Assembly (NCBI RefSeq): GCF_041381155.1 | Contig: NC_091144.1 | Span: 38,668,437 to 38,732,436, forward strand | Origin: Argopecten irradians | Taxonomy: Eukaryota | Direction of reading: 5' to 3' | Length of the DNA: 64,000 bases | Shown here: piece by piece, positions 36,301 through 48,535 of the stretch | Layout: the number at the start of each line of letters is the position of its first letter | Numbering within the stretch: the first letter of the stretch is position 1 | Translations under genes and position numbers: made by a program | The notes under the pieces: model-generated | What the model was told of the DNA's origin: nothing | What the model saw: only the letters and a program-made list of their open reading frames with translations | Database searches by the model: none

Positions 36301-38389
36301 TGATAGTAACCCCTTGAAAAACTAATTATTGTTAATAACTTATTCTCAATATAAATATATTTCTATTATATTTCTAAAACTGTATATATAGCTAATCTCC
36401 ATGTTCTATATATAGCTAATCTCCATGGAACTGATAACTTATCTACTTAAAAATTGTTTCACTGCGTATGTCATTCTTGATACCCCAGGGGTTACTTTCA
36501 CTGTCTTTAACAACTACTTATTATTGATAACTAATTCTTAGTGTAAATCGATTGCTATTATATTTAATTGTATTTCATTGCCAGCCTCACTTCTTCCTCT
36601 ATAGCTCTTCCCTGTGGGTCCAACCTTTCTTAGTGTTAACTGTAGGTCGGTGATTTATTCTATGGAAGCTCCGAGTTTTTAGCACCATCCAAATCTGAAT
36701 CAGACACCTTACGACCTTTAATTAGTTTTTGTCAATATAATGTTATCAGATGCAATCAAAAATATTTGGAAGCGATAACAATTTTGCAAACAATGGAATC
36801 ATTTGTCCATCGGGAATATTCGAGATTTGCCGTAAACGCAAAAAAAATCCTTCACTTATCGGCAGATTCCGTACCTGCAACACACATTATACCGGAATCA
36901 GCCGAAGTTATCCGAACTGAAAAAATCCGTTCACGGAAAGTGTCGAAAATTCGGTATTGTATCATCCAAATTAACAATATACTAATTAGATACGCAATGT
37001 CATTTATTTTTATGAATTTGATATTTCATATAAGGTGATACGTGCGGATCAGTTTGTTAGCGGATACACCATTGTAACGGTGTATAGTGGTATCTAATAC
37101 TTTACTACAATGCCGATCGTCTGCTTTATTATAAATATATACATAGTATCCTAATCCAGGCATTGTAAATTAATTACCGTCCAGGGCTTAGTTATTGTAA
37201 AGGTCATTGTATAAAACTAATCCGGATACACTATATATCATAATATATAGCAAGCTTAACTAAAAAATATAACTTCAACTACACAAATAAAGAATAAAAT
37301 CTCAAAATAAAACATAGCTAAATAAATTTCATTAAAAATTAATACAATTTCATATTTCATAATTTTACAGTCAAGTTTAATGATTTATTTTGATCTTCAG
37401 AATGACCTGATATTGATTGAAGTTGACAAGACATTTGTTGAGATAGACTTTAAGGTGTTAACTAGGCTTGTTCAACATATGCCAGAACCTCAAATAAAAC
37501 CCCCCATAGACAGATATTGTTGTGTTAGCAATTCCTAATCTTATATACCTATATATTAATATCGCTATCTTCACATACGGAGACCACATGTTCACGCCAA
37601 CGAGTCTATAGGTGTAAGACGTCGATAATGAAACAAACATTTAATGGTGTTTTAATTATGCATTACGATGTTGATTTCGTCACGTGAAAGTGTTTGTTGC
37701 ATCCCGATGGAGAAACAGATTCTTCAACTCGTGCTTCGGCCAGAAGGTAATGTGAAAGTAGACTAATTATTGTGGAATGATATGAAATATATTTTTCTTG
37801 TGTGTTTCTCTGTCTAAAATCTGGGTCGTGACTTTATAAGCGCCGCGGGAAATCAGTCCGATACTTGTCGTAGCTCGGTGCTTTTTCTCCGAGTACTCTG
37901 ATTAACCATCTTCTTTTTCAATATTGTACGCCATGAGATGAACAGTATGTAATCCCACACTCTTGTCCTGAATATGTTCTATATAATTTGGTTGTTTTGA
38001 TAAATGAACATTAACAAGGATAGCTAGGATAGGATATAGGATATTTTAGGACGGCCTCTCGTGTGTGTTGTGTGTTGCGTGTATGACGTGATAGCGTGTT
38101 TTGGGAGACTGCGGTATGTTCATGTTGTGACTTTTTGTAATAATGGAATTTTTGTCCCTTTGTATAAAGACAAATTATGAACATGCGGTAGAGTCAGGAC
38201 CAAAGAATGGTTCTGCTATGGCGAATGGCACTCCAGCTATACGTTAAAATGTATCTGCCAACATGTATCTCAAATTGAAGAATATTCTTCACCAAAATTA
38301 TCTCTGAGAATTTCTAAACTTTATGTCATATCTAGATGATATGGTCAAACCAGAAACTGATCTGTCAGATTGTCTAAACTCTTGGGTCA

Positions 38390-38640
38390 AAGGACATTTA
38401 TTTGTCAGTGTCTAAATCTGGTGTCAGGGTCAGAAGAAATCCAGACTAGAACATAGGTTTGTCTATCAGAATGTCTAAGTCTGGTGCCAGGGTTTGAGGA
38501 AACCAAGACTAGAACATAGGTCTGTCTATCAGAATGTCTTAGTCTGGTATTAAGGCGAGAGGAAACTCGGGCTACATCAGATAAATATTTGTCAGAATGT
38601 CTAAGTCTGGTATCGGGGTAAAAGGAGACTAGGACACCTT
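38390..38640. repeat. Tandem repeat with a ~60-bp unit, about 4 copies, of the gaatgtctaagtctggt...gaggaaactcgg dispersed family.
   Basis: tcagaatgtctaagtctggtgccagggtttgaggaaaccaagactagaacataggtctgtcta is repeated. Family members also occur at 31740-31790, 32060-32350, 42470-42510 and, inverted, at 43030-43060. Confidence 0.75.
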
Positions 38641-40844
38641 TTCACATCTACACAAGCCTTATGTAACGCACAGGGACCTGGTACGAATTTCTGACAAACA
38701 GTATATAATGAGTGTATTAAAGATACTATCATATTTATATATGTACTGTTGGAGAGAACTTCGTGTCAGGCCCCTGTGCTTCAACGCAAAGCAATACGAA
38801 GCTGCAATTCCTTGTTAGAATGTCACAGAAAAGCTTAGGGAGACGTGAACGCACTCGAATAACGATTTTACAAGTTACCTTAATACGGAAACAATTAGTA
38901 AAAGTTTGCAAACAGCAAATAAGTTTTTGAATGCCTCTATATTTAATAAAGACAGGATTTTATTAAATTTCTCGTTTTTATTTTGAACTATTAGATTTAT
39001 TTCTACATTCAAACTGAATGAAAATGCTCCTACTGCAATTTGAAAGTATTCGCACCTGTAGGCTTGTCATTCATAAGCTACCTTCTCAAGTTACAAAAGT
39101 AATTATAAACATATTATCTTGTGTGGTATGGACTAAATATTGACGTTCTAGAAAGCTAAAGTATTCGAATTTCAATTCCGTTTTATACCCGAAATGATTT
39201 AAAAAGATCATGTATTATGCTGAAATTGGAATGAAAATGTGGTGATCTAAAGCAAAATGCTTCTCGTGTAGTCGACTGCCGGGAAAGTAAATGAAAAATA
39301 GAATTAATTGAAATAAAATGTAGTTCATTTTAACTCCAAATGTGATTACTTAGACAAGTTATCAAAATGGAAGATTTCCCTTTTGTAGAAATCCCCATTA
39401 CTAGTATTAATTAACCTATATTTTAATTCTATTTTGTTACTTGGTAATAAGATAAATTACAGTTTTAAATGTTCTAATCAAGGAATATCTTCTAATTAGG
39501 GAGTTTAATACAAATTACTCGTGAAACTGATTCGTATGTTAATTTCATATCACATGAACTGGCATCTTTACGGACGCCTAAATTAAATAACATTAAGTAT
39601 ACGTAAATCTGTAAAGCGATTTGCGAAATCAGGTTGTCAAAACCATGCACAGGGACCTAAGAAATATAGTTACAGTTTATATATATTTGGACCCACCGGA
39701 GTGTCCATAGACCATTTACACAGGTTTTAGAGGTCTAGATAAAAAAATTGGCAAAAATCATTCTCTACATGTTGTATATAGAGACTACTAAAATCAGTAT
39801 AAATGGTCTTTATTCACTCTGATGTTTTAAAATATACACAATACATGTATATGAATGTGTAAACTGTTTCTACTTCCCATGACCCTGTGGTCAAACGGTG
39901 CCTACTGAAGAGGTTCAAACATGGTTTTCATACCAGTGCCAGTGTATATCCAATTCGTGTCTATGTTGCGTGTAATTGGTTTAATTAATTAATAACGACA
40001 ATTAAGTCCAATTCATTTGAAAACTTACACTAAATTGCACTAAAATACTAATCTCACAATTTTGAAATGTACTTATGCAGGCAGTAAAATGAATTTTGTG
40101 TGACGCGAGTGTTTCTTATTCTATTTTATATAAATAAAAATGACTGTACACTCCATGCAGTAGATTTATTGGGGGAAAAGCAAAATGATTAAGTTGCACA
40201 CAAGAATAGCTTTATTAAATTCGTCCAGACCAAAATGAGCTATAGCCACGTCAATTGGTACGATTAACTTTCTGTTAAAATCAAAATTGAAATTCTCTTG
40301 ATAAAAGACTCATTGTTAAAATAGCGATATTAAATCACCTAGATGACCCACTGATTAGACTACTGATAATGTATTTTGGGAAATAAAGTTTTTGTTATAT
40401 ATATTTTGAATTTTACAGACTAGTTTTACCTGCATGTTACATGTGTTGTGGGCATTCATCTTTGGCTGCATCATATTGCCCTGCACAACCGACACAGTTA
40501 TAAAAGTATGGTAAACTTACCCGTCTGTTTCACGATAATTGCTCTTTAAAATATTCATTCATTTCCCTCGATTGTACGAAAGGGAAAAACTGATCGAAAG
40601 TATCATAAAACAATGATATTCATTAATTATCACAATGAAAACATCTAAAAAGATAATTTTGATCAATTAAATAGGTTTGAAGTATAACGCGAAGCTAACA
40701 TGGTTTTGAATAACATGTAAAAAGAAAACAATTTTGTTTACCTGAACTACAAATAAAAAATGGATATAAACCTTAAAAATAAAAAGTTTATGTAGTTCTT
40801 GTTCTGTCTGCATTCTGTCAGTAAGCTTTGTCCCCGGCATAAAA

Positions 40845-40990
40845 AAATAATAAAATAATAAATAGATAAATAGATTGATAAATAAATAAATTGACATATA
40901 ATAACTAAATAAATCATAATTCATAAATAAATAAAAAATAAAATAAAATAAGTAAATAAATAAAGGAAAATAAATAAACATATCTAGAAT
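40845..40990. repeat. A-rich (AAAT/AAATAAAT)n low-complexity tract.
   Basis: aaataataaaataataaatagataaatagattgataaataaataaa... It underlies the pseudo-ORFs 40667-41041 and 40914-41099. Confidence 0.85.
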
Positions 40991-43900
40991 TAATTCCCTG
41001 TAATAAATTGAAATTACAATGTACTCCAAAATGTTTAACATATGGTATATTTTTTAGATTTATTATTAAAGCCAATGAAACTTTTAAATACTCCACCATT
41101 CATACATTTACCATACTATATACAAGTGACATAGAAATAAATCTACGTGTTATGAACTTTGTCATGCCCTGTGTATTAACACTAAATGGCAATGTTCTTT
41201 AAAGGCTTCACTTTAAATAACAAGATCACTTTTATCTCCAACAATATGAACACATATTTATGGAGGTTTTAAACACTGCATGGTACCCTATACACTCGGA
41301 GTCTCAAAACTCTCTAATTCCTGACACTGTGTAAGTATTAAGAAGTGGTCGAAAAATTAAAGCATAAACGATTCCCGATAGTGATAAAACATCATATTGC
41401 GTGCTGGCGCATTCGAAGTAGACTGGTCACCTTCCTTGGTACAAATTCTCTCCTTTAGGATGCGCTCATAAATATTTGTATTTTTTGAAGCGAAGCCTAT
41501 GGTGGAGAGTAGAAAAACTACGGCAGGCAATTCAGTTTAGTATTCGAAGCATCAAGCCTCTGGTTAAAGGAAACAAAATCTCCTTCAATGAGTTCTTTTT
41601 AATTATGTGTTATGCAACCCGGCCCAAGTTTCATTAATGTTCAATAATTATAAGGGAAATCTTTAACTAAAAAGTCCCTATAGAAGCATTGCAAAAGTGA
41701 TGGGGAAACTTAAAAATCAAGAATCTTTTCTAAATTCTGTAATACTTTTCAGTGATTAAATTTAAAACCAAGAAGTATCCATATCAACTGGGACCTGTTA
41801 CCTGAATATCACTATTGACATGTTGGTCATTTCAATAAAATGACGATTTATGTACCTCAGAAAACCAATATCGACCTCAGTCTCCAGTTTCGATCAATAT
41901 TTTTGTATTTCGATTCATCATATCGACAGGAACAAATTACCATATGTCACGCACCAACGGCCGTACCTGCTCGTTCTATAAAATATAGCTACACTACTCT
42001 ACCACAGTGTGATGTGTGTATTGAGTTTGCGTTGTAATACATCGATGACGGACTCGCTTCGTCCAGTCACTCCCGGGAATCTGACACGTGAGGAACTGTA
42101 ACCGACATCTCGACATCGCCATACATGTGTTTCAGTGGCTGAGAAAATCAAAATATACGTGCTCATTTGTAGATTGGATATTAATTAATATAAATCTTAC
42201 CATGTGACAACTTTACAGAATTGTGTTAAATATTCCAACGTAAAATCATGGTGATATGCATCAGTACAAATTATATTTACCAGCTACCGACATTTACCGT
42301 GAGAAAGGTAGGTTGTATACCTGTCGTACACCTGTAATTAGAGTTAGTAATTACCGTAAACAAAGCTGTTTGTGCTTAATTAATATCGCCCAAGCATCAA
42401 TGATGTTTTGTTGATGCTGGGAATGTTTTCTGTACCGCCGTGGGAACTAGTCGTTTATTATTAGTCTCTGTGTGTGTCTAAGTCTGGTGCAAGGCTTGGA
42501 GGAAATTCGGGAACCACGTCAATTATCTGTATTTTGAACAGATTGATGAATTATTTACAGGTCGCTATCCATCATTGTCGATCTGTCACAAATCCAATTG
42601 TAGTTTAAACATGTTGAGTTCTGCATGGAGTTGTGAAGAAGCTGATTCAGGTATTCATGTACTGTAAGTATTTATTGATACCTCGCATTGTGCTGAAGTA
42701 CAAGGACCATGCTTAGCATATAAATACATTTGTGTTGTAAAATTGTCACAATGGCATATTTGAGTGAATAATCCGAAGCCTGTAAGTTATATATATACAA
42801 ATGTGTGGTGTTACATGTATATATATATGCATTTATTTTGTTGTCAATTGCTAAATGAAATGTCTATCATTGACGAAATATTACAATCGTAAGGGGTCAT
42901 AACGTACGACACCAAATACTTTAACAGAAACTCTTAAGATGTCAAATGTTGAAATGTAACTCGAGTTTCCTTTGACCAAGACACCAAGACTTTCTGACTA
43001 AATGATGTAACATGATTTTCCTCCAGTCCTGGTACCAGATTTAGACATTCTGATGGACATTTGTTCTGTCATCCTCGATTTCCAAGGAGTTACTATCACT
43101 GTCGTTATACCCGCAAAAGGATGTAGCTCCGACACCTGATACTGGACACTGGTCCCGTGTATTCCGAGTTTCCTCTAGCCCCGACACCAAAATAAGACAT
43201 TCTGACCCGATATAAATTGTTTTTGTGTCTGACCAGAATCAACAAGATATATCAGAAGTGCCTGGTCATATTACATTCTAGATTTGTTGGACGTTACAGA
43301 GTAAAATCTGCCTTAACAATCACCTCTGTATAAAGACCACCTGCTTAATAAGACCACTTTTCTATGGTGCCAAGTGATGATTTTCTACACAATTCAACCT
43401 GTGTATAAAGACCAACTGACTCTAAAGACAATTTATCCTCTTTCAATTGGGTGGTCTTTATAGACAGGTTTGACAGTAATTGACATCCGAGTTTCTGGCA
43501 GCATCCCACTGGAGGATGTCCTTTCGAATTGTCCAATCAAATTACTGCTTCTACAATTTAAGGTACTTGACGCAACTTGAAGAACAACGCTTGTATGCTG
43601 TCAATTCGTTCCAATGAAAACGAATACAGAGGCATGTAAGAAACATCTCAGAAATTTCCGGCGATCTCCGGCAATTCCCGATGATTGCCGGAGTTTTCTC
43701 TGAGATGTATCGATAGGCATATGAACCACACGGAGTACAGTGAGTATAAAGGTCCAAAGAACATGACCCCATATGGGATGTTGTCAGATCCTTTATGGAA
43801 CGGAATGAGAATAATGATCTGTATTATAATAAGATTGATATATTATTATAATCATCATTATAATCATCATTATATCATGTCTATAGATGTGTATGGACAG

Positions 43901-44949
43901 GTTTAAGTATGTAAATTGTAACTAGCCCACAGGCCCCTGTTTCAAGGGTTGAGCACAGGCGTTTGACTCTATAAATATTTTATCATTATTAGACATATTG
44001 CAAATAGATATATATATATATATATGAAACAACACAGATGCGCGAACACAGATGCGCGATGTACCAACGTGGAATCAAAGCTCCCCTAAACCACAGGGGT
44101 TCGTTTCTAATATAAGTATAATTACACTGATACTTATATTAGAAACGAACCCCTGTGCCTAAACCCTTATTGGCCTGCTTTGATTCATATGTAGAGAAAA
44201 ATAGCTATGGAGTCAAACGCCTGTGTTGGGAGTAAACTCGGGCTACCTTTTCCAGTATATACTTTGTTATTCATTGTTCCTAAACAGGAGAAGGAACCGT
44301 ACTTGGAATGCTATTTAAGGGCACAATACAGTATCTTACGAGGACAAAACCAGTTGTTGAAACGAATTGTCACAATAACCCTTCTCGTACGTGCTATTGA
44401 CAGTTTTTACGTGGAAGCCCGGTAGATAGTGACACCGATGCCCTTTTGTGGATGTTTTCAGGTTTATTTACATTAGTTGGTAGGAGGGGAGGGGAGGGGG
44501 TCGGTACGCTTTATAATAAATGTGACAATGTTGACACAAACGAAGATCTCTCATTGTTTTATGACGGTGTAAACATTTGGCGTAGTTTACATACCATTTA
44601 AATTGATATATATATATGTGTCCGGAATTCAGTTGATATACCAGAAGTTGCTATCCTTACTGGTCTCATATGGAATGTTTTGATGGAATAATTAAGGAAT
44701 GGACGATATCAATATGTCCGGTAATATAGCTATCAGCAACTAAATGTGAAGGTCTCGCTTCAAATATCGCGGTTTACACATTGATAAAACCATCAAACAA
44801 TTCTATTTCATTGTTTGTTGAATTTTCTCCCAACATGCCAACCAAGAGTACAAAAGTTACAGTCAAACCTACATATAATGGACATCAAAAAGGACATAGC
44901 AAAAAATGTTTTTGACAAGTGACCTTATAATCAATCAGTAAATTGCACC

Positions 44950-46100
44950 AAATAGGCTTGATGAATTTGTCCTTTACAAACAGGTGTCCTTGATATAGAG
45001 GTGTCCTTTATAGACAGGTGTCCTTTATATAGAGGTGTCCTTTATAGACAGGTGTCCTTTATATAGAAGTGTCCTTTTATATAGAGGTGTCCTTTTATAG
45101 AAGGTGTCCTTTATATAGAAGTGTCCTTTATATAGAGATGTCCTTTATAGACATGCGTCCTTTATATAGAGGTGTCCTTTATAGAAGATGTCCTTTATAT
45201 AGAAGTGCGTCCTTTTATATAGAGATGTCCTTTTATAGACATGCGTCCTTTATATAGAGGTGTCCTTTATAGATTTATAGAGTGTGTCCTTTATATAAAG
45301 GTCCTTTATAGATTTATAGAGGTGTCCCTTATATAAAGTTGTCCTTTATAGACAGGTGTCCTTTATATAGAGGTGTCCTTTATAGATTTATAGAGGTGTT
45401 CCTTATATAAAGTTATCCTTTATAGACAGGTGTCCTTTATATAGAGGTGTCCTTTATATAGAGGTGTCCTTTATAGATTTATAGAGGTGTTCCTTATATA
45501 TCTTTATATAGAGGTGTCCTTTATATACAGGTGTCCTTTATATAGAGGTGTCCTTTATAGATTTATAGAGGTGTCCCTTATATAAAGTTGTCCTTTATAG
45601 ACAGGTGTCCTTTATATAAAGTTGTCCTTTATAGACATGTGTCCTTTATAGATTTATAGAGGTGTCCCTTATATAAAGTTGTCCTTTATAGACAGGTGTC
45701 CTTTATATAGAGGGGTCCTTTTTATAGATTTATAGAGGTGTCCTTATATAAAGTTATCCTTATAGACAGGTGTCCTTTATAGATTTATAAGGTGTCCCTT
45801 ATATAGTCTTTATAGGTGTCCTTTTTAGGTCCTTTATAGATTTATAGAGGTGTCCTTTATATAAGTTGTCCTTTATAGACAGGTGTCCTTTATATAGAGG
45901 TGTCCTTTATATAGAGATGTCCTTTATAGATTTATAGAGGTGTTCCTTATATAAAGTTATCCTTTATAGACAGGTGTCATTTACAAAAAGGTATCCTTTA
46001 AATAGAGGTGTCCATTACGGATTGGTGTCCTTTATACAGAGGTTACTTTATAGACAGGTGTCCTTTAAATAGAGGTGTCTTTAATATAGAGGTGAACTGT
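44950..46100. repeat. ~1.15-kb microsatellite-like array of 15-17-bp units gtgtcctttata[tg]aga[cg]ag, with a higher-order repeat of about 75 bp.
   Basis: ggtgtcctttatagacaggtgtcctttatatagaggtgtcctttatag... runs continuously. The higher-order block is gtcctttatagatttatagaggtgtcccttatataaagttgtcctttatagacaggtgtcctttatatagagg. It generates the pseudo-ORF 45069-45257. Confidence 0.9.
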
Positions 46101-46780
46101 CTACAAAGCTAGATTCCAAAACATATAGATCACTTAAATAGGGAGGGTTTATTGTACTCCGATTCTCTCCCCTCCCTCTCACCACGCACTCAGCTAAACT
46201 CTTATAGTCTTGAATTGATGCTTGCTGCCTAACTCCCCGAACAGATATGTATTGACATTGTCCTTTTAAAGTGAACATTTAAATTGTGCTCAAGTGCTAA
46301 AGGGGGAATAATAAAAGTCGTAATTTTTATTATTAGAAGTGGTTTTGTCAACACACCAATCCTGAATCAAAATAGTAACATTTATTTTTTAAAATACTAA
46401 ACAAATATTGGTATATAATTGACGCTATTTAAGAACTACAAAGTGTAGCTCCGTGAAAAAGGGGAAACCGTCAAATATTTATCTAAGTAAAATAGTCGGC
46501 GTATCATGGTCAGTCTGTTGATATAGTAATTCGATAAATCACAGCTATATGTTAGTATATACCCAGTGGATAACAAACATTTTTATGTGTATTGGCACAC
46601 ATTCTTTTAAAGGATAACGTGCCATAGAGTTTTTTCAAATGCAATTTGCTTTGTGGAGTTCCTAACGTTCTCTTAATTAGAAAACAAACAGGAGAAACCT
46701 GGTTTGTTTGGCGTCCTTTAATTATTGAACTAAATTGGTGGATTACATTGTCAATATAGGTACAAAAACCCAAAAGTGAC

Positions 46781-46866
46781 CATGCACAGGGACTTGGCAA
46801 GGATACCATAATGCATATATATATATTCACCTTTGGTTGGAAATGCGTGCCAAGTCCCTGTGAAAG
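46781..46866. other. ~85-bp perfect-stem hairpin (CACAGGGACTTGGCA...TGCCAAGTCCCTGTG), about 130 bp upstream of the orphan ORF's ATG. It belongs to a recurrent motif family.
   Basis: catgcacagggacttggcaagg at 46781-46802 is mirrored by cgtgccaagtccctgtgaaag at 46846-46866. Related inverted pairs lie at 38648-38780 and 29571-29620. Single arms occur at 15821, 35151, 39641, 19610, 19711, 19791 and 19870. Confidence 0.6.
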
Positions 46867-46996
46867 TGACAAAACGATCGAGATTTCGACCGAGTCTACA
46901 AAACACCCTGACCGTGGTTTATCATATTTAAAATTTGGCTTATATTCCATTTCAAGCCACAATTTTATAATTTATTTTTTGTTTTTATTTACAGAT

Positions 46997-48535
46997 ATGA
47001 CTACTTGGTCATTATGGCAGAAGATGCCGCCAAGATATCAGCTGACGACCCGCAGTCCGCTCGAGTCAGAGGAAACGGAAGTTTTCATAGACGACCGACC
47101 GCGCACGCCCAGAACGCCAAGACCTATGACTTCCCCAAGGATGCAAGGGGACACAACTCCCCGACCAACGCCGAGGGCTTATATCGCCGGAAGTCCGCGT
47201 CAAGGAGAGGCTCGAACTACAAATCATCCAAATATGCGTCGTCCGTTATTTCCTGGGCGTAAGTCGAGTTATATCGATCACATCAAGACGCAAAAGCGGG
47301 TTAATTCCGCCAGGATCAAAATGGCGACGAACCCATCTGCTACTGAACGACCTAAACAGCGGGCTAAAACCGCCCCGATAAATAGCCCAAGGGGTTCTGA
47401 AGTATGTCATGGTTCTAGGACGGAATCGATCTCACAGCAGCAAAACAGGGGCATTTCCGGGAGTTTAAAGACGGAAAGTACTGGGGAACTCTCAACGAAA
47501 ATAGACTTGTCCGCGGATGTGATTGGGTTAGAGGATGATCGGTCTTCATCAGGTACATCCGGGTACTCCCAGAGGGAAATCCCTCCAAGAAAATTCATTG
47601 TACGGGAAACGGAGGAAGGAACATTATATATAGACAATGGGAAAGTGGTGTTTTTCCGGAAACCGCGTAAGAATGGAACTGATTTGATGAAAGTTAATGT
47701 CTCCGGTGCGTCAGAAAAGGGAGGTTTCCTGGCCAGTATTCGGCGTGAATATCTCAATAAGCCGCGATATCTTGCAAATACAACGAAAAAGCACGGTGGT
47801 AGAACGTCAGCGAGCGAGGATCGATTGATTCAACGGGAAAGACTGACGTATAATCAGAAAGTTGGACATATTCTTGATTACTACTCTAGTGATGACGAGG
47901 ACCAGATTTCTATGGATGACCTATCGCGCTACACCAAAAGTCCGAAATCGTGGAGAAATACTCCAAACACAAGAGAGTTATCTCCCCGTGTAAGGAAGAT
48001 TTATCTTGACGAGAATCCTCGCCGGGATCGTCGACATACGTCACATCAGTATGACGTTATGGATGATCCAAGTACATATCTAAAACTGACAAGCCAATCA
48101 AAATTGCACGACCGGAAGTTTTTTCTGCGCACGCCTGGATTCCAAATGCTTGTTCCGGGTGCGCAAGGAATCACAGCGGCAAATTTCGAGAAAAACTGTA
48201 AATGTGGCATGTGCCGGATAGAAATGCAGATATCCTTGCTGGCTCAACTAGGGATACCTTTTCCGGTTGAAGAGCAGTTTGTTGATGAAAATTTTGTGAG
48301 GCCAACGCCATCAAAACAAACAGACCCAGACATACAAACTGAAACTAAAACTCCACAGACAGAAATAAAAAATGAAGTGACAAAACCCCAAACTTCAACC
48401 GTACCGGAAGTACCGAGTCGACCGGAACAAGTACTGACAATCACTTTACCGGAAATGACGTCTGAAAGAGAAGCAACGGATGTGTCGGCACGAGAATCGG
48501 CACGAGAAACTTATCGAAGCGTTCCGGGGGACTGA
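46997..48535 (+). CDS. Hypothetical protein (~512 aa from the ATG at 46997). It is basic and S/T/P/R-rich, largely disordered-looking, with the C-terminal motif NCKCGMCRIEMQISLLAQLGIPFP. The family is not recognised.
   Basis: A 1.5-kb uninterrupted frame (track ORF 46811-48535) in an otherwise AT-rich, stop-dense genome. Acceptor-like tttatttacag|ATATGACT lies immediately before the in-frame ATG at 46997-46999; the upstream part of the track ORF is AT-rich and likely non-coding. GC content and CpG-containing codons resemble the other two genes. The antisense ORFs 47005-47262 and 47407-47757 are shadows. No domain could be assigned by eye. Confidence 0.5.
   Translation: MTTWSLWQKMPPRYQLTTRSPLESEETEVFIDDRPRTPRTPRPMTSPRMQGDTTPRPTPRAYIAGSPRQGEARTTNHPNMRRPLFPGRKSSYIDHIKTQKRVNSARIKMATNPSATERPKQRAKTAPINSPRGSEVCHGSRTESISQQQNRGISGSLKTESTGELSTKIDLSADVIGLEDDRSSSGTSGYSQREIPPRKFIVRETEEGTLYIDNGKVVFFRKPRKNGTDLMKVNVSGASEKGGFLASIRREYLNKPRYLANTTKKHGGRTSASEDRLIQRERLTYNQKVGHILDYYSSDDEDQISMDDLSRYTKSPKSWRNTPNTRELSPRVRKIYLDENPRRDRRHTSHQYDVMDDPSTYLKLTSQSKLHDRKFFLRTPGFQMLVPGAQGITAANFEKNCKCGMCRIEMQISLLAQLGIPFPVEEQFVDENFVRPTPSKQTDPDIQTETKTPQTEIKNEVTKPQTSTVPEVPSRPEQVLTITLPEMTSEREATDVSARESARETYRSVPGD

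Noticed and set aside
37705-37750. Possible small first exon ATGGAGAAACAGATTCTTCAACTCGTGCTTCGGCCAGAAG|GTAATG
   Set aside because: It is only 13 codons ending at a consensus donor. There is no recognisable downstream partner exon or promoter and no supporting homology, which is insufficient to call.
40667-41099. Track ORFs 40667-41041 and 40914-41099 (-), Tyr/Phe/Ile/Leu-rich
   Set aside because: They are translations of an (AAAT)n-like A/T-rich low-complexity tract.
47005-47757. Track ORFs 47005-47262 (+) and 47407-47757 (-)
   Set aside because: They are alternative-frame and antisense shadows inside the much longer orphan ORF 46997-48535.
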